Under the pieces are notes generated by a model. It did not search any database. It was not told where the DNA came from and worked only from the letters and a program-made list of their open reading frames with translations. Of a stretch of DNA of 64,000 nucleotides, positions 48,853-58,082 are shown piece by piece. This DNA comes from an uncultured Candidatus Micrarchaeota archaeon. Its GTDB lineage: Archaea; Micrarchaeota; Micrarchaeia; Anstonellales; Bilamarchaeaceae. Position 1 is the first letter of the stretch. Each line of letters starts with the position of its first letter. The stretch lies in assembly GCA_963714085.1 (NCBI GenBank), contig OY970229.1:96001-160000 (forward strand). The letters run 5' to 3'. The position numbers and the translations under genes were made by a program.

Positions 48853-50457
48853 ATGGCCAGGCATAAGGCCGGAAGGCTCGGCTTCCAGCAATCACGCATG
48901 GTTACGCCCCCTGCAGGCGCTTTCAGTCCGTATCTGGCAGGGCCGGACACGGGGATGCGGACCGGCGCGCCTCACGGATCCGTGCCGGCGAAGCGCTTGT
49001 GGAGGCGCCGCATGCTCGGCCCGGTCGCCGGCCTCATGCTGGGCGCGCTTTTTGTTTGCGGGATACAGGGCGGGGCGCAGGGGCGCACGCACCATGGGAT
49101 GCGCGCGGACGGCCTGCTTTCCGAGGCTCTTGTCATGGCGGTAATGGACAAACATGCCGCCATAGCGGAGATGCTCCTCAAGCGCGGGGCGGATGCGAAC
49201 GCAACCGGTCCTTTCAACAAGACCGTCCTGATGTGGGCTGCGGAAAACGGGGATGTAGAGACGGTGAACCTGCTCTTGGACCGCAATGTCGACGTGAACC
49301 TCAAGGACACCTGGTTCAGCGGCACCGCGCTGATGCGGGCCGCGGAGAGGGGCCACGGCGAGATCGTGGACCTGCTGCTGAGCAACTATGCGGATGTCAA
49401 TGCCAGGAACAAGAACGGCGATACCGCGCTGACCTTGGCGGTCAGAAGCGGGAGTCCGAGGGTGGTGAACAGCCTGATCGTCGGAGGGGCAGAGATAGAC
49501 GCCAAGAACGCCAACTGGGACACCGCACTGGGCCTGGCGGTGAAGAAGCCGGACGAGGCCCTCGTAGACCTGCTGCTGAGGAAGGGGGCAGACCCCAACG
49601 TGAGGGACAGATCCGGCGTCAGCCTGCTTGAGATCGCCTCTGCGACCGGGGACAGGAGGGATGTCACGCTGCTGATACGGAACGGGGCCCGCGTAGATCC
49701 GAATCTGAAGGACACGGTCACCATGTGGAACGCCTACCAGAAGAGGAGGACGGCGATAGAGCGGTCCGAGAAGCCTGGACTGGGCGAGAAAGACGACGGG
49801 GAGACCGCGCTCAAGCGCGCGTACGGAGAGCTGGTCATAGGCGAGAAAGAGGCGCTGGAATTGCACGAGAGGTTCGGGATAGAGGAGTTCGACAGGTATC
49901 CCAAAGGGGTGCTCGAGAGCATGTACGCTAACCTCGGCAGGCAGGCCGCCAGGCCGCCCATCCTCCACGTAGTCGCGAGATCGGATTACAGCGGCGCGGT
50001 CTATGACTACATCGGCTGGGTGTTCAAGCTGGACCATTACAAGGCGTTCATAGCCGAAGCGGAAAGCGTGGTGGACCTACGGTCCCGGGTGAGGTATACC
50101 GCAGAGACCTACGGCAGGATCGAGTCGATGGTGCTTGGGGGCCATGGCGAGAAGGACAGGATACAGCTCGGATACAAGGAGAATGGAGGAATCCTCACGC
50201 TGCGCGATGAGAACGACATCGCGCAGCTGAAGCCGTATTTCGTGAGCAATCCGACCATCGTGATCGACGCGTGTTCGACCGGGGAAGACGAGATGGCCAT
50301 AGCCGCCATGTTCTCGAGGGCGCTCGATGCGACCGCGTTCGCACCGGTCGCGGTCGCGGAGTTCCGTGGATGCGAAGTGGACGACCAGGGAAGGATAACC
50401 GGGGCGCGCTTCGACGTGCCGACCGCCAAGTTCGTGAGCGGCAAGCTGGTGAAGTGA
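48853..50457 (+). CDS. Ankyrin repeat protein with C-terminal His/Cys (clan CD/DUF4347-like) domain
   Basis: TM segment, ~6 ankyrin repeats (TALMRAAERGHGEIVDLLL), then MVLGGHG...IVIDACSTG. Confidence 0.85.
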   Translation: MARHKAGRLGFQQSRMVTPPAGAFSPYLAGPDTGMRTGAPHGSVPAKRLWRRRMLGPVAGLMLGALFVCGIQGGAQGRTHHGMRADGLLSEALVMAVMDKHAAIAEMLLKRGADANATGPFNKTVLMWAAENGDVETVNLLLDRNVDVNLKDTWFSGTALMRAAERGHGEIVDLLLSNYADVNARNKNGDTALTLAVRSGSPRVVNSLIVGGAEIDAKNANWDTALGLAVKKPDEALVDLLLRKGADPNVRDRSGVSLLEIASATGDRRDVTLLIRNGARVDPNLKDTVTMWNAYQKRRTAIERSEKPGLGEKDDGETALKRAYGELVIGEKEALELHERFGIEEFDRYPKGVLESMYANLGRQAARPPILHVVARSDYSGAVYDYIGWVFKLDHYKAFIAEAESVVDLRSRVRYTAETYGRIESMVLGGHGEKDRIQLGYKENGGILTLRDENDIAQLKPYFVSNPTIVIDACSTGEDEMAIAAMFSRALDATAFAPVAVAEFRGCEVDDQGRITGARFDVPTAKFVSGKLVK

Positions 50458-50490
50458 TTCTTCGGATATCCGAACGTTGATGCCACGGAA

Positions 50491-50742
50491 GTGACCATCA
50501 TGGGAACTGGGGCGGGTGGACGGCGGGGCAGGTACATCGGGATAATGCGGCGGCTGGAAGAGGGATACGGCGCCGTGAAAACCATGGAGGGCTACGAGGC
50601 GGTCTTCAGGGAGCAGCTGGGTGCGGTGAGGCGCATGAGGGACAGGAAGGCGCTGAGAAGGCTGGATGCCTGCATCAATTCCGTCCTGAACGCCAGGAAG
50701 GAGGCGCTGGACAGGGTGTCGCAGAGGGCCAAAAAACCGTGA
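50491..50742 (+). CDS. Small basic hypothetical protein
   Basis: 83-aa ORF in the gap after the ankyrin gene. Confidence 0.45.
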   Translation: MTIMGTGAGGRRGRYIGIMRRLEEGYGAVKTMEGYEAVFREQLGAVRRMRDRKALRRLDACINSVLNARKEALDRVSQRAKKP

Positions 50743-50987
50743 CCCGGACCGGTTTTTTCGGCGTTGGAAGTGTCCCTGATACAAACATTTATATATTTCG
50801 CGTTTGTTACCAACCATCCCCATGTGAAAAGTTGTGCAGGTGACCAGTATGTTCGGTTGGATATTGAAGACGAATTGGGATATAGGAAGGATAATGAGGT
50901 ACTACAGGCAGCACAGGCGCATGCGCTCCTGAATCTGCCGATCTTCATTCTTTTTTCCGTTCTTCCAGCCTTGCCCTTACGCGATTT

Positions 50988-51728
50988 TCACGCCGTGGTC
51001 CTGCGGTCTCCGGTGAGCCTCAGTTTCTCCGCCAGCAGCGGGACGCGGAGCGTCTTCACGCCCCTCGGATGGCTGCGGCAATTGGTGTCCGTATCCACGA
51101 TTGCGCCGTGCTGTATATGGTCCAGCGCATCGAGAAGCTTCGCTTTCGCGGGCTTGTCGTGCCCCAGCCTCTCCATATTCCTCTGCAGCGCAGGGACCGC
51201 GATGGCATCGAACCTCTCCTCGCGGGAATCGAGCTCGGAGCGGGGCCAGTCCAGACGCACGGCCCTCACCAGCTCGGCGCATCTCTGCGCGATGATCGGC
51301 TCGTCCGAGAGGCCGTTTATGACCACTTCCATCTCGCCATCGGTCCTGCGCAATCCCCTCTGCAACGCGGTCTCCAGCGCGCCCAGCGCCGCCAGCCTCA
51401 ATCCCGCTTCATCCGGAGCCGTCTTTTCCCCGGCGTAGCGCACGACCGTCCGCATCACCCCGGCGGATTCAAGGAGGCTCATCGCCGGCAGGTAGTCCCG
51501 GGCGGAATCGATGCTTTCCATCTCTCCGGTCGGCGCGTCCATCTGCCCGATCCGCGTGTCCATCTCCCTGAGGACGAAGGCCTTGCCGGAAGCGTCCAGG
51601 GCCAGCTCGGACAGCGCCTTGAGGAGCTGCGTGGCCGAAGCGCTGCGGACCGCGAGCTCGAAATCGCCCTCGAAATAGGGTCTGACCGTTTCCCATGGAT
51701 GTTTGTAAAAATTCTTCAGATATTCCAT
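50988..51728 (-). CDS. Hypothetical protein (orphan)
   Basis: 246-aa ORF with AT-rich upstream region containing TTATAA. Confidence 0.65.
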   Translation of the reverse strand: MEYLKNFYKHPWETVRPYFEGDFELAVRSASATQLLKALSELALDASGKAFVLREMDTRIGQMDAPTGEMESIDSARDYLPAMSLLESAGVMRTVVRYAGEKTAPDEAGLRLAALGALETALQRGLRRTDGEMEVVINGLSDEPIIAQRCAELVRAVRLDWPRSELDSREERFDAIAVPALQRNMERLGHDKPAKAKLLDALDHIQHGAIVDTDTNCRSHPRGVKTLRVPLLAEKLRLTGDRRTTA

Positions 51729-51815
51729 AATCTGACCTCGTTGAAATAATCATTATAACGATGGTATTAAAAATGCAATCTTGTGACGAGCTGCGGCGGA
51801 TTTCAACCCGGGTTT

Positions 51816-52211
51816 TCACGCTTCTATCCTTCCCTTGTCGGCGTCCACTTCGACCCGCATCCCGTCCTTGAGTTCCTTGAAGACGTCCTTCTCGGGCTTG
51901 TCCACCATGGGTATCTTCGAGATTATGGCGCCCACCGCGATTATCGGCTCGGCCGAGACGTTTATTATGGCCGCCGGAGCCTTGCCGTTCTTCGCGAGCT
52001 GGAGCATGACGTACGAGCCGACCGTGGAGCCCTTGCCGTTCGGGAAGACCAGCACCTTGCCTGCGACGTTCTTCCCTTCCAGGGGATGGCCCTTCTCGAT
52101 GATGACGCCGGTCTCCGGGTCCACGCCGCCGAGGAATCCTATCGGCGCGTGGCTGATGAGCGCCTCGCCCGAGGCCTTGCCGCGCGATATGCTCCTGGCC
52201 TTGATGTCCAT
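51816..52211 (-). CDS. Phosphomevalonate dehydratase small subunit (AcnX swivel, DUF126)
   Basis: MDIKARSISRG, FLGGVDPETG, GKGSTVGSY. Confidence 0.92.
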   Translation of the reverse strand: MDIKARSISRGKASGEALISHAPIGFLGGVDPETGVIIEKGHPLEGKNVAGKVLVFPNGKGSTVGSYVMLQLAKNGKAPAAIINVSAEPIIAVGAIISKIPMVDKPEKDVFKELKDGMRVEVDADKGRIEA

Positions 52212-52771
52212 CAGTATCCCCTTAGCGCCTTCAGCGCCATCAGGAGCGGGTTGATGGCGAAGATTATGTTGAGCACGACCCATATCGCCGCCACGTCGTG
52301 CTTGTCGTAGTAGTAATCCACGAACGAATACAATGCGATGACCAGACTGCCCACGCCGAGTAACAGCCCGAAGTACAACGGATGCGCGGTGGCATCCGTC
52401 GCGAAACCGGCCCCTACGAGGAGCAGCCCCGCGCTGGACACGATGCCCCATGCGCCGCTATCATATTTTTTGGTCAATCGCAGATAGATTATCCCCACCA
52501 GGGCCGCGCCCAGGAGCACGGCGTATTTGACCACGTCGCTGATCGCCAGGAAGGCGAACATGGAGCCGAGGCTGATGACGATCTCCAGGACGAACAGGGT
52601 CCCCTGCCTGCCCAGGTACGCGCATAGGGTCAGCATGAGCGCCCCGATGACGAACAGTGACCGCTGCAGCAGCGATGCCGGCTCGGAGACCACCCCGATC
52701 AGCAGCAGTATCATCGCGCTTATCCCGATATAAAGAACCAGGATGTCCGTCCCTTTTGGTGTTGGCCTCAT
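52211..52771 (-). CDS. Hypothetical multi-pass membrane protein within the mevalonate operon
   Basis: Six to seven hydrophobic segments; TGATG overlap with the downstream gene. Confidence 0.8.
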   Translation of the reverse strand: MRPTPKGTDILVLYIGISAMILLLIGVVSEPASLLQRSLFVIGALMLTLCAYLGRQGTLFVLEIVISLGSMFAFLAISDVVKYAVLLGAALVGIIYLRLTKKYDSGAWGIVSSAGLLLVGAGFATDATAHPLYFGLLLGVGSLVIALYSFVDYYYDKHDVAAIWVVLNIIFAINPLLMALKALRGY

Positions 52772-52775
52772 AGAA

Positions 52776-53948
52776 TCACCTGAACAGTATGTCTTCCAGA
52801 TCGCCGAACGCGACCTTCTGCTTGCAGAGGTTCGGGAGGTAGGCGGCCGCCTTGCCGGAGTTCGTGCCGGTCACGACGTGGCCCATCTCCTCCAGCGGGC
52901 AGACCACCATGCAGGTGTCCGCGACTATCAGGCCGCCCGCGCCTTCTATCGCCTTCCTGTAGCCGAGCCTGTCAGCCTCCTTCCTGAGCTTCCCGGACGT
53001 GCACACCCAGAACTCGCAGGTGGGCTTCCTTTCGGAGACGAGCTCCGCGACCTCTTTGATCTCTTCGAGCGATGCGTGCGGGCATCCTATGGTCACCAGA
53101 TCCGGCTTGAGGCCGCTGTCCAGCCCCTTCCTGGAAGCGGACAGGTCCGCCTCCGTGAATTCGATGCGCTGCGCGTCCTGCGCAACGCTCCATTCAGGAG
53201 TGATGCCTTCCATGAAGAACAGCGGCACGGAGCCCGTGGCTGCCATGGACGCGCCCAGGACTTTCAGCATGTGCTCGCCCGCTCTCTTTATCCCGCGGAA
53301 CGCGGGATACTTGTTCTTCGCCATCTTGCCCACTGCGGAACCTATGGCGCCGAAATCCGCCATGGACTTGAGCTCGCAGCGCACGTCAATGAGTACGTCC
53401 GCCACGCGGTTCTCCTCCATATGGAGGCCGTAATACGGCGTCACTCCGCATATGGCCGCAGCCAATGCGCTCGGCCCGCCCTCGCGGTTCGTCCTCGCCC
53501 CGAGCACGGAGTTCGCGAACGCTATGGCGCTGGATTCTGACCATGCCACGTGCTCGCCCTTCCCCGGGCGTATGCCTATGAAATACGGCGCGCAGGTGCA
53601 GGTCTTCATTATGCCCATGCTGGAGTACGCGTCCAGTATGGCTATCTGTTTTTTCGCGAAATCCTCCGGTATCTTCATCTCCCTCCACTGCTCCCTGTCC
53701 ATTCCGGCGGGATTCAGGAACGATGGAACAACGGTCTTCGCGCCCTTGGAGGAGAGATCCTGGAGGTATTCCAATCCAGCGTCTCCGATCGTCTTGTACG
53801 ATACTCCGGCTATCTGGGCGCTGGTGACCGGGATCATTTTTTGCGCGCCGTATATGTTGCCCAGTGCGACGAGGATCTCCATGGACTGCCGTGCGGCCTC
53901 GCCCAGTTCACCGTCATACATCTTCTGCTCTTGCTTCTTTAGGAGCAT
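52776..53948 (-). CDS. Phosphomevalonate dehydratase large subunit (AcnX, DUF521)
   Basis: AGVSYKTIGDAG, TCTCAPY, AWSESSA, NSVLGARTNREGG, IGCPH, DTCMVV, TNSGKAA. Confidence 0.93.
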   Translation of the reverse strand: MLLKKQEQKMYDGELGEAARQSMEILVALGNIYGAQKMIPVTSAQIAGVSYKTIGDAGLEYLQDLSSKGAKTVVPSFLNPAGMDREQWREMKIPEDFAKKQIAILDAYSSMGIMKTCTCAPYFIGIRPGKGEHVAWSESSAIAFANSVLGARTNREGGPSALAAAICGVTPYYGLHMEENRVADVLIDVRCELKSMADFGAIGSAVGKMAKNKYPAFRGIKRAGEHMLKVLGASMAATGSVPLFFMEGITPEWSVAQDAQRIEFTEADLSASRKGLDSGLKPDLVTIGCPHASLEEIKEVAELVSERKPTCEFWVCTSGKLRKEADRLGYRKAIEGAGGLIVADTCMVVCPLEEMGHVVTGTNSGKAAAYLPNLCKQKVAFGDLEDILFR

Positions 53949-53958
53949 CGGGTCCACA

Positions 53959-55257
53959 TCAGATATAGCGGCTGGGGTCGACGGCCATCCACCCCGCCTT
54001 GTCGAAGTTCTTGCCGTGCGCCACCAGCGGCTTCGTGGCGTCCACGCCCATCTTCGTGGTCGCGTAGGTGTGCGGGTCCGCGCTCGGGTCCAGCGACGAG
54101 CCCTTCTCGTTCCTCTTTATGAGCAGGGACTTGTCCGCTTGCACCCTTGTCGCGATCGCCCATTCCACGGACGAGGGGTCGTAGATGTCTATGTCTTCGT
54201 CCACTATCACCACGTGCTTGAGGGACTTGTGGCCGTGGAACGCGGCCTCTATGGCCTTCCTGCCGTCGTCGTCGCCCCTCTTCCTTATGGAGACCACAGC
54301 GTGGAGCCAGGAGCACCCGCCCGGGGTGATGTTGACGCCCCTGCAGTCGCAGACCTTGCCCACTTCGTTGAATATCGTCGGCTCCCTCGGCATGCCCATG
54401 AGGAGCTTGTGCTCCAGGGCGCCGGGAAGCAATGCGTGGAATATCGGGTCCTTGCGGTGATGCATCTTCGTTATCTTCATGACCTGCTGCTTGCGCACTA
54501 TGTCATAGGTCTCCGTGAGGTCTATGAACGGCCCCTCGTCCGCCAGCTCGTTCGTTATCCTCCCCTCGAACGCGAACTCCGCATCGGCCGGGACCTCTAT
54601 GCCGTTGCCCAGGCGCACTGTGCTCACCGGCGCGAGCGAGTTTGCGACCTGGAGCTCGTCCTTCCCCAGCTCCGTGGACGTCGCCCCTGCGAGGAGCACG
54701 TTTATCGGAGCGCCCACCACGAACGCGACGTCGAGCTCGCCGCCCGACCTTTTCAGGTATTCAGCCAGGTGCCTGGGCAGTATCCTCATGACGACCCTGT
54801 CCTTCCCTATCACCATCATCCTGTGGAAGGAGCAGTTCCTGCCCAGCCCGCTGTCGTTGGCGATCACGACCGCGGACGCGAAATACGGGCCGCCGTCCTT
54901 TTCGGCATGGAACGGAATCGGGAGCTTGCCCAGATCGACCTCTTTCTCGGTCACTTCGAGCACCGGGCCGGTGGAGACGACTTTCGGATTCGTCGGATTT
55001 TTTATCGCTTCCGCGAGCCTTGGCATGAGCTCCTTCTCCTTTATGCCCAGGTATCTGCACACCAGCGCGCGCGTGGAGAATAAATTCCCCGCGACCCTCG
55101 CGCCGGGATTCTCGGCTATCTTGTCGGTGTAGACCGGCCTTCCGTCCAGGGCCTTGAGCACGCCTGCGAGCTCCAGCCGCTTCGACACCGGTTTTTTTAG
55201 CTCCACGAGCGTCTTCTCCTTCCTCAGGAGGTCTATGAAATCGCGGAACGACATCAT
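53959..55257 (-). CDS. ubiD: UbiD family decarboxylase (anhydromevalonate phosphate decarboxylase by context)
   Basis: DGGPY, NCSFHR, EGPF, EHKLLMG, VDEDIDIYD, WAIATR, GSSLDPS, KMGVDATK. Confidence 0.92.
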   Translation of the reverse strand: MMSFRDFIDLLRKEKTLVELKKPVSKRLELAGVLKALDGRPVYTDKIAENPGARVAGNLFSTRALVCRYLGIKEKELMPRLAEAIKNPTNPKVVSTGPVLEVTEKEVDLGKLPIPFHAEKDGGPYFASAVVIANDSGLGRNCSFHRMMVIGKDRVVMRILPRHLAEYLKRSGGELDVAFVVGAPINVLLAGATSTELGKDELQVANSLAPVSTVRLGNGIEVPADAEFAFEGRITNELADEGPFIDLTETYDIVRKQQVMKITKMHHRKDPIFHALLPGALEHKLLMGMPREPTIFNEVGKVCDCRGVNITPGGCSWLHAVVSIRKRGDDDGRKAIEAAFHGHKSLKHVVIVDEDIDIYDPSSVEWAIATRVQADKSLLIKRNEKGSSLDPSADPHTYATTKMGVDATKPLVAHGKNFDKAGWMAVDPSRYI

Positions 55258-55787
55258 GCTTTCCACCTCTTTCCGATGCTGTGCTTGATACCGAGCTGGT
55301 CCAGCACGCGCGCCACCATGAAATCGAGCAGGTCATCTACATCCTTCGGCTTGCCGTAGAAGCCCGGCGACGCGGGCATTATGACCCCGCCTGCGAGCGT
55401 GACTGTCTCCATGTTCCTTATGGTTATGAGCGAATAAGGCGTGTCCCTCACCACGAGTATGAGCTTCCTCCGCTCCTTGAGGCAGACCTCGGCCGCGCGG
55501 GTTATCAGCGAGTTGCCCACTCCGTTCGCGATCTCGCCCAGGGTCTTGAGCGAGCACGGGCAGACCACCATGGCGTCCGGCGGGTTGGAGCCGGAGGCGT
55601 AGGGGCAGCTGAAATCCCTTTCCCCATAATCCGCCCTGGGGAGGGCCACGCCTTCGGCCTTGGCGACCTCCTTCGCCCCTGAGCTGACCACGACCGAAAC
55701 GTCCTGCTTCAGGGCTTTCAACGACCCGAGCAGCGACACCCCGTAAGGAAGGCCTGACGCTCCCGTGATTGCGAGAAGTATCTTCAT
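55254..55787 (-). CDS. ubiX: Flavin prenyltransferase
   Basis: AITGASG, ASGS, PCS, RAAEVCLKERR, PASPGFY. Confidence 0.95.
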   Translation of the reverse strand: MKILLAITGASGLPYGVSLLGSLKALKQDVSVVVSSGAKEVAKAEGVALPRADYGERDFSCPYASGSNPPDAMVVCPCSLKTLGEIANGVGNSLITRAAEVCLKERRKLILVVRDTPYSLITIRNMETVTLAGGVIMPASPGFYGKPKDVDDLLDFMVARVLDQLGIKHSIGKRWKA

Positions 55788-55840
55788 GACTGTTTTCTGC
55801 CTCAGAAGGCTTAAAAAAACCCCTTTTGCATGCTTATTCC

Positions 55841-56596
55841 ATGAAACTGCTCAAACTGGGGGGCTCTGTGATAACCCGGAAGTCGGGATGGCGCGAGGCG
55901 GACCTCAAGGCGATAGAGGCGCTGGCGGACGTCGTGGCCTCGGCATGGAAGAAGTCCGAGCGCGACTGGGTGCTCGTGCACGGGGCAGGCTCGTTCGGCC
56001 ACCCGCTGGTCGTCAAGTACGGCATCAACGACGGCGTGAAGAACGCTGCGCAGAAGCTCGGGTTCGCGATGACGCACGAGGCATGCTCGGAATTGTCCGT
56101 GCTCGTCGTCGGAACGCTCAACAGCGCCGGAATGCCCGCGGTGCCGGTTCCGCCCGCCATGGTGATAACCTCCAAGAACAGGCGCATACACTCATTCAAC
56201 ACGAAAGTGGTCGACGATTACCTGAAATCCGGGTACGTGCCAGTGCTTTTCGGGGACATGGTCCCCGACATAGAGCTCGGCGGCTCGGTGTGCTCCGGGG
56301 ACCAGATAATATCCTACCTGGGCAAGGCTGCGGAGCGCATACTCCTAGCCACGAACGTGGACGGGGTGCTCGACGACAAGGGAAAGGTCATTGAGCAGAT
56401 AACGGGCAGGAACTTCGCGGACGTCTCGCGGCATTTCAAGTCCGCGGAAGGCGACGTCACCGGGGCAATGGCAGGCAAGATAAAGGAATTGCTCGAGCTT
56501 GATACTCCTTCTTACGTGGTCAACGGGCTGAAGCCTGAGCGCGTGGAGGCGCTCATGCTCGGGAAGAGGGCGGTCTGCACCGAGATAAGGAAATGA
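55841..56596 (+). CDS. ipk: Isopentenyl phosphate kinase
   Basis: KLGGSVIT, VHGAGSFGH (IPK His), FGD, SGD, DVTGAMAGK. Confidence 0.93.
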   Translation: MKLLKLGGSVITRKSGWREADLKAIEALADVVASAWKKSERDWVLVHGAGSFGHPLVVKYGINDGVKNAAQKLGFAMTHEACSELSVLVVGTLNSAGMPAVPVPPAMVITSKNRRIHSFNTKVVDDYLKSGYVPVLFGDMVPDIELGGSVCSGDQIISYLGKAAERILLATNVDGVLDDKGKVIEQITGRNFADVSRHFKSAEGDVTGAMAGKIKELLELDTPSYVVNGLKPERVEALMLGKRAVCTEIRK

Positions 56597-56635
56597 TGAA
56601 CACAAAATGTAATCATTTATAAGATAATCCCATCA
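56553..56635 (+). repeat. 83-nt direct repeat copy 1 (ipk 3' end plus TATA promoter of sigma-like gene A)
   Basis: Four mismatches versus 57989-58071; contains TTTATAAG at 56616-56623. Confidence 0.95.
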
Positions 56636-56646
56636 TAACTTTTTTC

Positions 56647-57981
56647 ATGCCAGAGACAGCAACCGCCAGGGTTATTTTTGCGCCTAAGGCCAGCCGCGCT
56701 GTCCCGCCCAGGCGCTGCAAGCCGCATTTCTTCGCATGCCAGACAGAGGGCATACGCAAGCAGCCAAGGGGCGCCGGCAAAACCCGCAGGAAAGCCCTTC
56801 TGAACAGCGAGCTGGCAGGCCTCTGGGAGTTCGCTAAGAAGAGAAAGGCGACCATCTCGAAGAAAGAGGAGGCGGAGATGTTCGGGATATACCTGCGCGT
56901 GGTCAGGCGCATGCAGGAGCTGAAGCATCTGCGGGAAAGGTGGAACGGACCCGTGAAACAGGAGCTCGTGCGCCTTTCCGAGGCGAAGGAGCTTGCGGAG
57001 AGGGTGGTCGCGAGCAGAGGGGACATGAGATACCTCAGGGAACTCGCTGCAGAGAAGAGGCGGTCGCTCGAGAAAGAGGAGGAATACGCCGTCTTCCGGA
57101 TTTATAGGCGGGTGCTCCCCCGCATGATGAACCTCGGGAAGGGAGGCATTGCAGCGAACGCGGAACACGGACTCGTGGCTCAGGAGATGGAGCGGCTTTC
57201 CGAGGCGAAAAGGCTTGCCGAGACCATAATCATCCAGACCATGGAAAAGCAGTTCTGGATGACAGCCAAATACGTGATCCACCCCTCGGTCATAGAAAAA
57301 TCAGACCTCGTTCAGGAGGCCTGCATGGCTGTAGTAAGAAGAGCTATGCGCACCTTTGACCCTGACCAGGACTGCAGAATCTCCACGTACTGCCAGTTAG
57401 GGATAACGCGGGCCATGAAACGCGCGGTTCAGAATCAGGGGAAGACCATCAGGATCCCGTGCAATACGTACACCATAAGCGCCAAGGTCAACAGAGCTTA
57501 CATGGAATGCCGCAAATCTGGCTACGAGCCGACCGCGCAGGAGATAGCTGATCTTGCCGGACTCGACCTGAAGAAGGTCGTGAGATGCCTCGAAATGCCG
57601 GATACGCTCAGCATGGACGTTAGGCCAGAGGACAGGCTTGCATTAATCGATACGATTCCGGACAATGGCATGGATCCGCTGGAGACGCTTGTCAACGCTG
57701 AGGTGGGAAGCGTGGTGGAGACGCTCCTTGGGAAACTGAGGCCCGACCAGCGCAGGATATTGTGCATGAGGCAGGGCCTGGGCTGCAAAGAGCACACGTT
57801 GAAGGAGATCGCAGAAGTAGATGGATGCAGCGGCGAGAACATAAGGCAGAAGCTGTTCAAGATAGCGAGAAGGATACGCAATGCGAACAAGGCGCTGCTG
57901 CGCGAGTACCAGGGCTATGGCCCCGATGACGAAGCGCCATCCCATGAACCCGGAGAGCAGGCCAGCGCCGGGCAGCGGTAG
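56647..57981 (+). CDS. Divergent sigma70-family (RpoD/RpoS-like) protein A
   Basis: DLVQEA, FDPDQDCRISTY, QGKTIRIP, EPTAQEIA, LSMD, LIDTIPD, LRPDQRRILCMRQGL, TLKEIA...ENIRQ; collinear with sigma regions 2, 3 and 4. Confidence 0.88.
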   Translation: MPETATARVIFAPKASRAVPPRRCKPHFFACQTEGIRKQPRGAGKTRRKALLNSELAGLWEFAKKRKATISKKEEAEMFGIYLRVVRRMQELKHLRERWNGPVKQELVRLSEAKELAERVVASRGDMRYLRELAAEKRRSLEKEEEYAVFRIYRRVLPRMMNLGKGGIAANAEHGLVAQEMERLSEAKRLAETIIIQTMEKQFWMTAKYVIHPSVIEKSDLVQEACMAVVRRAMRTFDPDQDCRISTYCQLGITRAMKRAVQNQGKTIRIPCNTYTISAKVNRAYMECRKSGYEPTAQEIADLAGLDLKKVVRCLEMPDTLSMDVRPEDRLALIDTIPDNGMDPLETLVNAEVGSVVETLLGKLRPDQRRILCMRQGLGCKEHTLKEIAEVDGCSGENIRQKLFKIARRIRNANKALLREYQGYGPDDEAPSHEPGEQASAGQR

Positions 57982-57988
57982 CCTGCCA

Positions 57989-58071
57989 TCATGCCCGGGA
58001 AGAAGGCGGTCTGCACCGGGATAAGGAAATGACGAACACAAAATGTAATCATTTATAAGATAATCCCATCA
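57989..58071 (+). repeat. 83-nt direct repeat copy 2 (ipk 3' remnant plus TATA promoter of sigma-like gene B)
   Basis: Encodes remnant MPGKKAVCTGIRK* versus MLGKRAVCTEIRK* in ipk; TTTATAAG at 58052-58059. Confidence 0.95.
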
Positions 58072-58082
58072 AATGAATTCTC

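Noticed and set aside
51816..53948. AcnX subunits as a TCA-cycle aconitase
   Set aside because: DUF521/DUF126-type motifs and neighbours fit phosphomevalonate dehydratase.
53452..55083. Long antisense or alternate-frame ORFs (e.g. 53452-55083 +, 46677-48119 -, 30669-31823 -, 13360-14373 -)
   Set aside because: Shadow ORFs of GC-rich coding sequence overlapping well-supported genes; no motifs.
53959..55787. ubiD/ubiX as ubiquinone biosynthesis genes
   Set aside because: Context with AcnX subunits and ipk points to the archaeal mevalonate pathway.
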